A stretch of DNA of 64,000 nucleotides. Origin: a virus. The stretch covers positions 1-64,000 of the IMG/VR virus record IMGVR_UViG_3300026518_000009; one strand, given 5' to 3'. Below the pieces are notes generated by a model that was not told the origin of the DNA, searched no databases, and saw only the letters and a program-made list of their open reading frames with translations. Both the position numbers and the translations under genes were made by a program. This document shows positions 32,355 through 43,021 of the stretch, piece by piece; position 1 is the first letter of the stretch; each line of letters begins with the position of its first letter.

Positions 32355-32751
32355 CTTTTTTACAATTAATTATATTAAAATTATTTACTGTAAATATATA
32401 ACTATCATATTTAATTATGCCTTTACCATTAATATTAATATTATAATCAACATTATTGTTATATTTTAATACATATAATAAATCATTTCTAGCTTTATTA
32501 ATAATGCTAAATAATGAGTTACTCAATCCTTTGGTAATATCTATATCTGTAATAGATATATCAGATATTTTAATATAATTTAATAAAGCATATTCATTAA
32601 TAGTTAAATTATATTTAGTATTTTTTCGTTGTAATCTATGTAATTTAATACTATTTCTAGCTTTTACAGCTTTATATCTACTAATTCTAGTAGTAAGTAT
32701 TCTATTTACACGTTGTAAATGATTTATATCATTAATTATTTCTTGCTGCAT
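32341..32751 (-). CDS. Hypothetical protein
   Basis: 136-aa ORF in the operon. Confidence 0.5.
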   Translation of the reverse strand: MQQEIINDINHLQRVNRILTTRISRYKAVKARNSIKLHRLQRKNTKYNLTINEYALLNYIKISDISITDIDITKGLSNSLFSIINKARNDLLYVLKYNNNVDYNININGKGIIKYDSYIFTVNNFNIINCKKDDNK

Positions 32752-32893
32752 CTCTTTCTATTCCTGTTTGAAGATTAAATATTGCGTCCTTAATATTTCC
32801 TAGCAATAATAGAATATGTATATTATTAGTTTTTTCATATTCTATCATTGCTAAGTCATATATATATTGTAATTCTTTTAATAATTCTATCAT
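32732..32893 (-). CDS. Small hypothetical protein (not in ORF track)
   Basis: Hand translation MIELLKELQYIYDLAMIEYEKTNNIHILLLLGNIKDAIFNLQTGIERDAARNN* (53 aa); fills the gap, with ATGA coupling to the upstream gene. Confidence 0.55.
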   Translation of the reverse strand: MIELLKELQYIYDLAMIEYEKTNNIHILLLLGNIKDAIFNLQTGIERDAARNN

Positions 32894-33183
32894 CGTTCTA
32901 TATTTGGTAAATTATTAATAGATCGAATGTAGTTTATACACTCTAACATTGTGTTAGGATTAATATCTTTATAATTAGTCATAGTATATTTTATTACATC
33001 TGTAAAATTATTAATATTAGCAATTTCAATATGTGATATTTCAGCAGGATATTTAAAATTATTATATGAAATGAATGCTGTATAATTTGTAGATACTGGA
33101 ATTGCCAAATATTCATATCTAGTCATATCACCTGGTTCAGATATAATTTTATTTACTATAACTTTAGTTATTCTTCTACTCAT
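32890..33183 (-). CDS. Hypothetical protein
   Basis: 97-aa ORF containing EPGDMTRYEY. Confidence 0.6.
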   Translation of the reverse strand: MSRRITKVIVNKIISEPGDMTRYEYLAIPVSTNYTAFISYNNFKYPAEISHIEIANINNFTDVIKYTMTNYKDINPNTMLECINYIRSINNLPNIER

Positions 33184-33185
33184 AA

Positions 33186-33762
33186 TTATTTAATTATAAT
33201 ATTATCATCTCTAATTAACGAAGCATTTTCTATCTCTACACCACTTTTTTAAGTCAGCTTTCAAAGCACGTTTATCAACAGTAACATTATATTTTACATC
33301 TTTTAATTTAAGTGTATTTACTATTAAATTAAAACTATCCATACTTAATAAGTCATTTAATTTATATTTCATATAATCTGCATTATAGAAATTCTCATCT
33401 ACTTTAACAACTTCATTTTTTCTAGTATAAAATTTAATAGTACCATAATCAATAACTCTATTTCCTGACTTACCAACTTCACCAAATAGCACAACTGCAT
33501 CTCTTATTGCAGTCTTTAGTCTTGTTTTAGTATTTTGTTTAACTTCTTTGAGTTTTCTAAGTCTATCAATTTCATCATCAATCATTTTAATTTCACCATC
33601 TAATTTCTTAATTACATAATAATATGATTTAAGTTTATCTTCTAAATCATCTTCTGTAATTTTAAGTTCTTTTGCATCTTCATCCTCAAGAACTCCATCA
33701 TTTTCTTCAATCTGGTTAAGAAGTTGAAGATATTTATCTTCTATGTTATATAAACTAGCCAT
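33186..33762 (-). CDS. Siphovirus Gp157-like protein, with an apparent +1 frameshift near the 3' end
   Basis: MASLYNIE...EIDRLRKLK...RLK...VDKRALKADLK. The family-typical tail SGVEIENASLIRDDNIIIK* lies in the +1 frame after an A6 run (33245-33250). Confidence 0.8.
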
Positions 33763-33765
33763 TTG

Positions 33766-34311
33766 TTATAATTTTATATGATTAATACTTATATGATTAA
33801 TTGCAAATTTAATTGCATCTCTATTTAATTTAATTGTATCTATAAAATAAATTTTACTATCAAATTTATAATTATTTAATTGTTTAATAAGTTTAGATGG
33901 AATAATAACTTTAGTATTCTTACAAATTGACATTGTTTTATTTTTAACTATTGAAGTATTAATAATTCTGATAGTATAATAATTATTACGTTTTAATGTT
34001 CTTTTTAATTTAGTAATAATTCTTTTATCATTAACTCTAATAAATGTTATTTTACTATTTAATGATAATTTATCTAATAATATTTTAAATGTTAAATCAT
34101 TAAATTTATCAGTAATTGTAGTAACTTTATCAATCATTTTTGTTGTATTGGTATTTGTTGGACTTAATATAGTATTAAACATTTTAGATACAATATTATA
34201 TTTAATTTCATCATAATCTAATGCTCTAACATTTGGTATTTTATTTCTAATTGAATTAAGAAATAACTTATAAATATTATTATCATCACAACTAATTATA
34301 TATACTTTCAT
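33766..34311 (-). CDS. Degenerate nucleotide-kinase-like protein (no Walker A)
   Basis: Spacing of MKVYII / FNDLTF / FIRVND / NYKFD resembles phage dNMP-kinase-like proteins, but GxxxxGK is absent. Confidence 0.4.
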   Translation of the reverse strand: MKVYIISCDDNNIYKLFLNSIRNKIPNVRALDYDEIKYNIVSKMFNTILSPTNTNTTKMIDKVTTITDKFNDLTFKILLDKLSLNSKITFIRVNDKRIITKLKRTLKRNNYYTIRIINTSIVKNKTMSICKNTKVIIPSKLIKQLNNYKFDSKIYFIDTIKLNRDAIKFAINHISINHIKL

Positions 34312-35312
34312 AGATTTAATAATTTAGTAAATTCATTATGTGTTTGAACAAAACCAGCAGCTCCTTTATGACCACCTCCTCCATATTGCTTAGCAATTAG
34401 ACTACAATCTATATTTCCATTATCATTATATAAACTCCAAGTCCATTTACCATTCTTAAACCAAAAACAAGCAAATCCATCATATCCATCTTTATGATAA
34501 TCTATACCAAAATTAATAGGATTAAAGCGTTCTTGATTAACTACTAAAAATTTAACTGGCTTATAAGCATATTTACCATTTATATAACCATTTTTAACAT
34601 TAACTGAAAAATTAATTTTAAATGCTTTACTATAAATTTGTTTAGCTTCTGTACAAAGATATTTATAAATATTTTTACCTATTCCCCATATAATTTGTAA
34701 ACTCATTCTACTAATTATATTATTTGTAGTTTTTAACAACCAAATATAAGCATCTTCATAATTACTTATTATTTGTCTAGCACCATATTGAAATTCTAAT
34801 ACTTTTTGTTCTTCATTAGTTCCTTTATGTCTAAAACTATCATACATACCTAATAATCTAACTATTTCAGGCATTTTATCATTAGGATAAAAATAACTCC
34901 AAGTTAATTCACAAGCTGCATAACTGGTATTACTAATTCCATCCATTGGAACATCTCCATTTCTACTTTTAGATTTAATATCATTTATAGCTGATTTATG
35001 ATGATCTATATAAATAAACTTCTTATTTAACATTTTAAATTGTTCATGTATATTAACCATTTCTAATCCACTAAAACTAACATCCACCATTATTATAGTA
35101 TCATATTTAGTTAATATATTATCTTCTGGAACTTTGTCACCATAATCATATCCATACATAGTTAGCATATCAGGAGAGAAAGTATTTATTTTATCTCCAT
35201 AATTAATAATAATTGGTACTGTTGTACTTTGTTTTTTAAACCATTTCTTAATTATTGCTGCTGACATCCAACCATCTAAATCTCTACTATGATATATACA
35301 TATTGTTTTCAT
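34308..35312 (-). CDS. DHH/DHHA1 family phosphoesterase
   Basis: YHSRDLDG, MVD, IDHH and GGGGHKGAAG motifs. Confidence 0.93.
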   Translation of the reverse strand: MKTICIYHSRDLDGWMSAAIIKKWFKKQSTTVPIIINYGDKINTFSPDMLTMYGYDYGDKVPEDNILTKYDTIIMVDVSFSGLEMVNIHEQFKMLNKKFIYIDHHKSAINDIKSKSRNGDVPMDGISNTSYAACELTWSYFYPNDKMPEIVRLLGMYDSFRHKGTNEEQKVLEFQYGARQIISNYEDAYIWLLKTTNNIISRMSLQIIWGIGKNIYKYLCTEAKQIYSKAFKINFSVNVKNGYINGKYAYKPVKFLVVNQERFNPINFGIDYHKDGYDGFACFWFKNGKWTWSLYNDNGNIDCSLIAKQYGGGGHKGAAGFVQTHNEFTKLLNL

Positions 35313-35317
35313 TTTAT

Positions 35318-35506
35318 TTATCTTATTAAATTTAAATTATATAATACTTGTAGTGCAGCCAATATTTCAACTACAAAAATTATCCATAATATATTATCAT
35401 CAATATTTTTATTATATTTATCATTTATATAATCTATTAGTTTAAAAAAACTTATTGTTGTACCAATGATAATTATAATAGATATTGTTCCTATTAATAA
35501 AATCAT
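35318..35506 (-). CDS. Small membrane protein
   Basis: 62 aa with two hydrophobic segments. Confidence 0.55.
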   Translation of the reverse strand: MILLIGTISIIIIIGTTISFFKLIDYINDKYNKNIDDNILWIIFVVEILAALQVLYNLNLIR

Positions 35507-36819
35507 AGCTCTACTTGTAAATCATTTATATCCATATCAAAACTATCACGTATTCTACCAACTGCATGAAATGGTAATCCAGTTATTGTTCTTTCATAAT
35601 ATGTAGCAGTTACATATTTTCCAATATAATTATCTTTATTTCCTAATAATTCTTTCCTTATTTCTTCATTACCTTCAGGTGTACATTCAAACGTTTTATC
35701 ATTAATATCATTTTCAAGAATAAATGTAATGTATGTTCTAATATTATCTTCATTCTTTTTAATAATATCAATTATTTTAAATTCTCCTGATAATAATTTT
35801 TTAAGTTTAATCATATTAGTTTTTCTACCACCAAACATATATTCTGCATCAAACTCTCTTAATATTATACCTTCAAATCCACTATTTAGTGCAGATTCAA
35901 GATAATTATATACTTCATTAAGATTATATGCTATTACATGACCTACATTAATAATACTACTAGGGGTACCGCTATTTAATATAAATCTATTATATGCTGC
36001 AATATAATTTAAGTTAGTAGTTCCATGAAGTATATTATTTTTATATAATATTCTTTCTTGCTGTGACATATCAGGTATGCTTAAATCAAAACAATAAAAA
36101 CTAACCTTATTACTGTCTAATGAATGTTTACTTATTTTACCATTTTTAATTATAGGTATTCTACGTCTAATATTACTAAGTAATTCTCCATGATTGTACA
36201 ATTCTCCATCTAATACTATATTATCTTTAAATAATGATTCATTTAAATTAGTAATATGTGGAAGATTATATTCTAATCCTTCTTTAGATAATAATTTAAT
36301 TTTAGGTGTATTATTACTAAATAAATTATTATTATCTAAATCTTTTATCATTAATAATGTACTTCTAACACCATTAATTTTAGGTTGTACTATGTAAGGA
36401 AAATGAAATTTCTTTACATTTTTAAATTGTACAGCTTTCATTGGTTTTAATACATTATTAGCATCTGTTTTATTTATAGATAATCTAGTATCTAATATAT
36501 CATATAATCTACTTCCATTTAAGTCCAAAGTTGCTATATCATCACCAAGATCGGATAAATGTTTATATCCATGTTTAAGTTTATCTTTATATTTCGATTT
36601 AATTTCTTTTACAGCTTGTGTAAATGGAGTAGTAGCATTAGATTTACCTATATTTTTACCAACAATTACATTCTTTGTGATTGTTCTAATATTTCCATCT
36701 AATTGACCAGTATTAATACTAATAGTAGCAAATTCATTTCTATCAGTTACATTAGCACTCCATACTATTACTTTACCATTTATATTTTTACTATATAATT
36801 CTCCAGTATAATATTTCAT
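35503..36819 (-). CDS. ATP-dependent DNA ligase
   Basis: Motif I QPKINGVR, III LDGELY, IIIa FDL, IV EGIILR, V IKLK; C-terminal OB fold. Confidence 0.92.
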   Translation of the reverse strand: MKYYTGELYSKNINGKVIVWSANVTDRNEFATISINTGQLDGNIRTITKNVIVGKNIGKSNATTPFTQAVKEIKSKYKDKLKHGYKHLSDLGDDIATLDLNGSRLYDILDTRLSINKTDANNVLKPMKAVQFKNVKKFHFPYIVQPKINGVRSTLLMIKDLDNNNLFSNNTPKIKLLSKEGLEYNLPHITNLNESLFKDNIVLDGELYNHGELLSNIRRRIPIIKNGKISKHSLDSNKVSFYCFDLSIPDMSQQERILYKNNILHGTTNLNYIAAYNRFILNSGTPSSIINVGHVIAYNLNEVYNYLESALNSGFEGIILREFDAEYMFGGRKTNMIKLKKLLSGEFKIIDIIKKNEDNIRTYITFILENDINDKTFECTPEGNEEIRKELLGNKDNYIGKYVTATYYERTITGLPFHAVGRIRDSFDMDINDLQVEL

Positions 36820-37271
36820 AATGTTACATTTTTAATTTCTTCTAATGTCTTATTTAATTTATGAGGAACTTTATAAATAATTACATATTTAGGATTATTA
36901 AATAATTGCATTAAACAATTCCAACTACTATGATAATCTACATGAATAGGATTTCTAGTATTTCTGGTATAATCTTTAATACTAAAACATTCATAATGCT
37001 TTACAATAGTATCTTTATTATCTACTCCTTGTAATTTAGCATCTTTAACATGAATGTATTTAATATCAATTAATTTTGATAATGTTCCAGACTTAATATT
37101 AGAAGTATCACCATATGTTATAACATCAGTTATATCAAATGGATAATTATCAAATTCTTCTTTTTTAAGATTATCTATTTTATTAACTTCTTCTTTAGAT
37201 AATACTTGTAATACATAATCAAATCCATCTTTTATTTTAAATACTCCAACTTTGCCTTCAAATTTAATCAT
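36816..37271 (-). CDS. Hypothetical protein
   Basis: 151-aa coupled ORF. Confidence 0.6.
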   Translation of the reverse strand: MIKFEGKVGVFKIKDGFDYVLQVLSKEEVNKIDNLKKEEFDNYPFDITDVITYGDTSNIKSGTLSKLIDIKYIHVKDAKLQGVDNKDTIVKHYECFSIKDYTRNTRNPIHVDYHSSWNCLMQLFNNPKYVIIYKVPHKLNKTLEEIKNVTL

Positions 37272-38496
37272 TTTTAAACATTTTATTAATTAGTTTAATA
37301 CCATTACTTTTTCCATTATTAGTAAAGTATTCAAATAAATCTTTACTATTATTTGTTCCACTATTATTTTTTATATATTGCTTAAACATATCTTCATATA
37401 ATGTTATATTATTATTTATTTTCAATATTCGATTAAACATTAATCTTATTTCTCTAGATGTAAAACTATTTTTATTTAATTTATTTGTACCAATAAATAC
37501 TGTTTTAATATCATATAATATATAATGATAAAATCCATTCATTATTCCTTCTTTATCAAAATCAACATTTATTATTATATTATTATACATTCTATATAAT
37601 TCTTTTAATAAATCAGGAGTTAATCTAGCACTCTCACTATTAAAACTAGTAACACAATATTGTAATGTATATTTGCTTGAAATACCAATATGAAAAAATA
37701 TATCGTTATTTAAATTTGACTCTATATAATTTTCTATACTCTTACCATATTTATCAAATAAATTACATTCTATCACCAATTTATCTTTTCTACTTTTAGT
37801 AATTATTAATGTATCAGCATTATATAATTCATATGGAGCTTGAAATATACTTGTATTATTAGTTTTAAACTTAAATTTTCTATCTTCAAATGGATTATAT
37901 ACCTGAAGTATATCTAAATTATCTTTTTTACCTAAATAATATACATATGCAGGATTACTTGATGTATATATGTATATTGGGTCAACCATATTATTAATCC
38001 ATATAAATTGAGCTACATATACATCTCTATTATATAAATGATTAAGCGATACTCCTCCGTTATTCCAATACTCTATATTATCTATAGAGTAATTTCTAGC
38101 TTTAAATTTTATAATAGATTTAGTTCTATTTAGTTTATGAATTTGTTTAGACTTAACTGTATTACTTATTGTATTATTTTCTAATATTATATTACATATA
38201 TTTATAAATCCTGATGTATCATTGCAATCATTGTTTGATAATAAGCCAACTAACTGAAATATATCACCTGAATATGTATTATTAGCCCAATCTTTCATTA
38301 CTAATTTGCCATTATCATAAAACATAAATCCTAATGATGGATTAATATCATTTCTAAGAGGATTTCTAATTTTATTAGATGTATGTTCTAAACAATACTC
38401 TATATCTGAAATAGGTATATTTAGATATTTAGCAAATAATTGTATTTGATTGTAATTAATTAATATATGGTCTTTAATATTATTTGTTAGCTTCAT
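37264..38496 (-). CDS. DNA primase (crAss DnaG/TOPRIM-like)
   Basis: NPLRNDINPS.GF...KDW...GDIF N-terminus, IITKSRKD, DxD in VDFDKEG, C-terminal KD. Confidence 0.85.
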   Translation of the reverse strand: MKLTNNIKDHILINYNQIQLFAKYLNIPISDIEYCLEHTSNKIRNPLRNDINPSLGFMFYDNGKLVMKDWANNTYSGDIFQLVGLLSNNDCNDTSGFINICNIILENNTISNTVKSKQIHKLNRTKSIIKFKARNYSIDNIEYWNNGGVSLNHLYNRDVYVAQFIWINNMVDPIYIYTSSNPAYVYYLGKKDNLDILQVYNPFEDRKFKFKTNNTSIFQAPYELYNADTLIITKSRKDKLVIECNLFDKYGKSIENYIESNLNNDIFFHIGISSKYTLQYCVTSFNSESARLTPDLLKELYRMYNNIIINVDFDKEGIMNGFYHYILYDIKTVFIGTNKLNKNSFTSREIRLMFNRILKINNNITLYEDMFKQYIKNNSGTNNSKDLFEYFTNNGKSNGIKLINKMFKND

Positions 38497-38532
38497 TTAA
38501 TATAGATTTATATTTAATTATAAAATAATTAC

Positions 38533-38564
38533 AAAAATAGGGGCAAGCTATATTACTTGCCCCT
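38533..38564 (-). terminator. Intrinsic terminator after the SSB gene
   Basis: AGGGGCAAG/CTTGCCCCT 9-bp stem followed by ATTTTT on the minus strand. Confidence 0.8.
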
Positions 38565-38584
38565 GTTAAGTCCACTATTTGTTA

Positions 38585-39340
38585 TTAGGTAAGACCTAAC
38601 TTTTCAGCTAATCCTGTTGGTAAAGCAGGAGCAGCATTAGCATCTGGAACTGTATTAGCAATAGAAGCAGTTGCTCCTAATTCTACAGCTTCATTAGGTC
38701 TGAATGCTAATGTTGTTTCAATCTTTCCATTTACTATATTAACTTTCTGAATAAAACCAGTTCCAACAAAAGTAGGAAATCCTAAATATGTAAGTTTTTT
38801 ACCACTTGCAATAAGTTTTAGTAATAGTAAATCTTTAGGAGAATAAATAGGATTAGTTTTATCCTTACCAACATTAAATGCCTTAGCAAAATCGTTAAAG
38901 AATTTAGTAAACCATTTTACTCTATCATCAATACTCATATCAGTATCTACTTCTAAATCAAAACTAATCTTTTTATAATTAGCATTACCTTCAAATTGGT
39001 CATGAATATGTTTCAATCTCTTCCACAATTCAAGATACATAATTTCAAGATTCTTTTCTGTAACATTTTCTCCATTAACCTTAACATGAGAAATAGGAAG
39101 TTCACTATGAGTAAAATATCTATCTGGATCAGTAGCTTTAGCTTTATATTCTGTAAAATGAAATGATATTCTAGGAACTACTAATCCTGCATATTCCCAC
39201 TTACTATTTGCATCTATTTCACTAGTAGTAACTTCTACACTAGTTAAATATGCAGGACACATATTATTAAATTGTGGAAATGGTTTAAATGGTAAACGTG
39301 CAGTTACGTCTACATTTTTATCAACTTTAATCTTAGCCAT
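38585..39340 (-). CDS. Putative single-stranded DNA-binding protein (crAss type)
   Basis: Lies between the RecT-like gene and primase; LKHI and FPTFVGTGFI motifs; low-complexity A/P tail; followed by its own terminator. Confidence 0.55.
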   Translation of the reverse strand: MAKIKVDKNVDVTARLPFKPFPQFNNMCPAYLTSVEVTTSEIDANSKWEYAGLVVPRISFHFTEYKAKATDPDRYFTHSELPISHVKVNGENVTEKNLEIMYLELWKRLKHIHDQFEGNANYKKISFDLEVDTDMSIDDRVKWFTKFFNDFAKAFNVGKDKTNPIYSPKDLLLLKLIASGKKLTYLGFPTFVGTGFIQKVNIVNGKIETTLAFRPNEAVELGATASIANTVPDANAAPALPTGLAEKLGLT

Positions 39341-39387
39341 ATTTTTATTATTTTTAAATTATACTGTACTGTTGTTATTTTAAATTT

Positions 39388-39423
39388 AGTCTATACTAGA
39401 CATATTAATATCTAGTATAGACT
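39388..39423. repeat. Perfect 13-bp inverted repeat
   Basis: AGTCTATACTAGA-N10-TCTAGTATAGACT. Confidence 0.85.
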
Positions 39424-39433
39424 TATATAATAT

Positions 39434-40000
39434 TTATTCTTCACTACTACCTTTAGGAGTATGTTCAGAGAATTTAATATTTGTAATAAGATACAAGGTA
39501 CGTTCTACTCCTTCGGCAATTTCAATAGGTTCTCCATCGTTTACAGGAACAATATCAGCAGAACCGATTTTAGTTGCAATATAAAGAACATTCTTCTTAC
39601 CTGTTTCTTCACTAATATTTTCACGTTTAACAACAAGTCCTTTTTCTACCAAATCATCACCTGCAATTGAAGATAGTTCAAAATCATTAGCCAGCATAGT
39701 ATTGTAAATTCCACTATATCTAAAAGCACGCTGTTTACTAATTAAACTACCTTGTTCTTGTCCATCTACTTCAAATCCAGCTTTAGCAATATAATAGCGT
39801 TCATTCTGATTATCAGCACCACTATCTTTCATATCAAACATTACAACCCTATCACCAGGCATCACATCAAGAGCAGCCATAGCTTTATTATTTAGCTTAA
39901 AGTTGCTATAAGTTGAAGTAATTGTAAGTTTCGGGCTTACTTCACTAACGTTTTTAGTTCCACGTTTAACCATTCCTTTTGAAAAATTCAAATCTTTCAT
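39434..40000 (-). CDS. Conserved hypothetical replication-module protein
   Basis: 188 aa; AbrB-like F.LNNKAMAALDVMPGDRVVM segment. Confidence 0.65.
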   Translation of the reverse strand: MKDLNFSKGMVKRGTKNVSEVSPKLTITSTYSNFKLNNKAMAALDVMPGDRVVMFDMKDSGADNQNERYYIAKAGFEVDGQEQGSLISKQRAFRYSGIYNTMLANDFELSSIAGDDLVEKGLVVKRENISEETGKKNVLYIATKIGSADIVPVNDGEPIEIAEGVERTLYLITNIKFSEHTPKGSSEE

Positions 40001-40157
40001 GTTGTTTTAAAATTTTAAAATTACGTAATATAAATTAATTAACTATATAAATATAATATTATATATGTTCTATGTTTTAACTAACTATTCTTATTATAAT
40101 TATATCAGATAATCTCTGTTAGATTAATAGTTGTTAGTATAGCTATATATAATATTT

Positions 40158-41120
40158 CTATTTATCAATACTTATTGTTTCTAATTCTTCTTCTGAATTA
40201 ACATCGACTATTTCCATAGCTTCTTCTTTAGAATATGCACCTTGTAACATGTCAGCTACTACTATTCTACCACCAATACTAGTAACTCTATTTCTTAGCA
40301 TTGTAGCAGGATGATTATTCCAATTATCTCTACCTTTTATATATAATGGTTTTTTAGTATTAGAATCAATTAGTGAACTATGATAACCATTATATAATCC
40401 AGCATCTGTAGCATCTTGTAATGAATAATGAAATGTTTTATCTATATTATTAGATTTTCTTATTAATCTTAATGAACTTACAAATGTAATACCATGTTTT
40501 ATTAATATAATTTTGCCATCATCATTTGCTTTTTTTACTTCATCATCAGTTGTAACTCCTTTAATATATATAAAATAATCATCTCTTAAATTATCATTAT
40601 CATCTGTAAATAACCATTTATGACCTAGATATTTACCAGTAAGTAAATCTTTATAAGTTATAGCTGGAGCATAGTCTCTTATATAATGCATTTCAGTTCC
40701 ACTATCTAAAATAGCTTTAGTTATAATTCCTACATCTAATGCTAAAATATCACTATTTTTAGTAGATATAACATATATTTTAGACATACTGGTAATAGCA
40801 TTTAATCCTAGCTCTTTACCTCTTAATACACTAAAATAACTATTTGCATTTAATTTTCTACCTAACATAATTGATGCTGCTGGACTAATTCCCATATCCC
40901 AACCTAATGTGATAGCTGCAATTATATCTCCAGTATCTACAATGACATTACCATCTTTATCTTTGTGCTCAAACGGTTTAGCCATTGTACTATGTTTAAT
41001 TTTTTCAGCAAATAGTTCTATTTGTTGTAAATTTGGAAGTACATCTTTTTGAGGAATTGTAGTAGCAGGACTGCTTACTACTTCATTTTTCTTAATTACT
41101 TTTGTGTTGTTATTTTCCAT
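40158..41120 (-). CDS. RecT/Red-beta-like ssDNA annealing protein
   Basis: G.ELGL...MSKIYVI, YSLQDA..AGL, NWNNHPATMLRNR...D.LQGAYS.EE pattern. Confidence 0.7.
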   Translation of the reverse strand: MENNNTKVIKKNEVVSSPATTIPQKDVLPNLQQIELFAEKIKHSTMAKPFEHKDKDGNVIVDTGDIIAAITLGWDMGISPAASIMLGRKLNANSYFSVLRGKELGLNAITSMSKIYVISTKNSDILALDVGIITKAILDSGTEMHYIRDYAPAITYKDLLTGKYLGHKWLFTDDNDNLRDDYFIYIKGVTTDDEVKKANDDGKIILIKHGITFVSSLRLIRKSNNIDKTFHYSLQDATDAGLYNGYHSSLIDSNTKKPLYIKGRDNWNNHPATMLRNRVTSIGGRIVVADMLQGAYSKEEAMEIVDVNSEEELETISIDK

Positions 41121-41167
41121 TTTAAATATTAGTTTATATATACCTTATCTTTATTAAAAACGGACTG

Positions 41168-41199
41168 CTAAATTACAATAATAATTTATAATATCCAAA
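41168..41199 (-). promoter_or_regulatory. Bacteroidota-type promoter (one mismatch)
   Basis: Minus strand TTTG-N20-TAatTTAG upstream of the RecT-like gene. Confidence 0.45.
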
Positions 41200-41202
41200 T
41201 TT

Positions 41203-42690
41203 TTACTCACTTTTTTTCATATATTTTTTAAATTCATTCATTGTGAAAGTTGCTATATATTTATTTTGTTGTCTAATCTTTAACTTAGTTTTATCTCTAC
41301 TTTTATAAAACTTACCTTTTTCATCAATAAAATCATCAAAAAATAGATTAATAATTATAGTTATTTTATTTGGATTATAATAATTAATAGTTTTACCTCT
41401 AGCAGTTCGTTGAGCATATTGAACAGGATTAGTACTACCACTAGTAGTAATAACCATATCTAATATATCTAAATCAAATCCTTCATCTACAGCATTAACA
41501 GTATTTAGCATATTATAAAACTTATATTTAAATCCTTGTTTAATATGATCTAGTTGCTTTATAGCACTAAATTTTTTAGGTTTTCCTGCTTTAGTAGTTA
41601 AAATCTTTCCAGTTATAAAATCAGTTATATATTTACTCTTAATCTTACTATGATATGATACAGCTTTTATTTTAGAAATAGTATTATTAACACTATCGGT
41701 TATTGCATCTGCCATATCAATACTCCCATTAAAGGTAATTATATTTTTATCTTTATATATAAGATATAGTTCTAATACTGCTTTTAATTTAACTTCATTA
41801 TAATTATGAATAACATTACGTTGTTGCATTGCTGTATAATATTTGGTAACATTATTTTTTATATTAATAGGATTCCAATATTTATCAATATTTTTGTTAT
41901 ATTCTGTATCTAATTTTAACGTTGTATTATATCCCATTGCTTGAGATAATGCTTCTCTAACATCATGTGATTTAACGTAAACATTATCTATCTTTTTACC
42001 AGAATAACATGCCATAATAACTTCAAAATCACTATTAAATATATATCTACCATCATTATATACTAAACGCTTATGACTATCTTTAAATATATCAAATACT
42101 TCATTCATTATATTACTATGTTTAATATATTTTTCTTTATCTTCATCTGTTAAATCTAATTTAATATTAAATTCAACAAAATTACTTATCCAATTATTTC
42201 TAATTGCTTCAGTTTCAGATATTTTATCTATTACAGGACAATATTTATTAATAGTAATATTATTATATGGATATGAACCAGTTAATCCTAATATATTATT
42301 ATATTTTATAAATTTACCAGATATAATATTAAGTCTAATATCACTAGTAAATCTATGAATTTCATCAACTATTAACAATCCAATTATATTATCAATAGTA
42401 TTGTATGTATTTATAAAATTAGTAATTGTTAATAATGTTACTAATGACTTAAAATCATTATTATATGAATAATAAGATTTATAATTATCTAGTTCTTGTT
42501 TCCATACTTCTAATATAGCAATCGAAGGAACTATTACTACTACATTACCAAAATTATTTGCAGTATAATAATCAATTATTTTTATTGCTGTTAATGTTTT
42601 ACCAAATCTCATAACATAATCTAATGCTCCTTTCATTTTACTATCAATAAATCTCTGTATTCCTATCTTTTGTCTTTCATTTTTTGTCAT
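41203..42690 (-). CDS. Superfamily 2 helicase
   Basis: MRFGKT (motif I), VIVPS, LIVDEIH (II), GLTGS (III), DEGFD and QRTARGK (VI). Confidence 0.88.
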   Translation of the reverse strand: MTKNERQKIGIQRFIDSKMKGALDYVMRFGKTLTAIKIIDYYTANNFGNVVVIVPSIAILEVWKQELDNYKSYYSYNNDFKSLVTLLTITNFINTYNTIDNIIGLLIVDEIHRFTSDIRLNIISGKFIKYNNILGLTGSYPYNNITINKYCPVIDKISETEAIRNNWISNFVEFNIKLDLTDEDKEKYIKHSNIMNEVFDIFKDSHKRLVYNDGRYIFNSDFEVIMACYSGKKIDNVYVKSHDVREALSQAMGYNTTLKLDTEYNKNIDKYWNPINIKNNVTKYYTAMQQRNVIHNYNEVKLKAVLELYLIYKDKNIITFNGSIDMADAITDSVNNTISKIKAVSYHSKIKSKYITDFITGKILTTKAGKPKKFSAIKQLDHIKQGFKYKFYNMLNTVNAVDEGFDLDILDMVITTSGSTNPVQYAQRTARGKTINYYNPNKITIIINLFFDDFIDEKGKFYKSRDKTKLKIRQQNKYIATFTMNEFKKYMKKSE

Positions 42691-43021
42691 TTTTAATTTT
42701 ATTTATATCAAATTTTAAAATCTCTTTTTTAGATTTATGTTTAATTTTATGTGTAACCTTAACTATATTATTTTTCTTTTTATTATTTCTATTCCATATT
42801 TTATAATATAATTTACGTTCTTCATTATCAAAAGGTTCATATTCATATGCAACATGAAAACTAGTATCATCATTAAAGAATAATACTAAATATCTAAATC
42901 CAGATTCATTAATAATAATTTTAACTTCTCTTACTATATGAGCATTTGAGTCTACATCTTTGTTTTTATTTATAACAACATCTCCAGGTTCAAATGCTAC
43001 TTTATCAAATAAATTATCCAT
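42677..43021 (-). CDS. Hypothetical protein (SH3-like FEPGDVV start)
   Basis: ATG at 43021 preferred over the track's TTG at 43048 because it couples to the stop of the upstream small ORF. Confidence 0.55.
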   Translation of the reverse strand: MDNLFDKVAFEPGDVVINKNKDVDSNAHIVREVKIIINESGFRYLVLFFNDDTSFHVAYEYEPFDNEERKLYYKIWNRNNKKKNNIVKVTHKIKHKSKKEILKFDINKIKNDKK

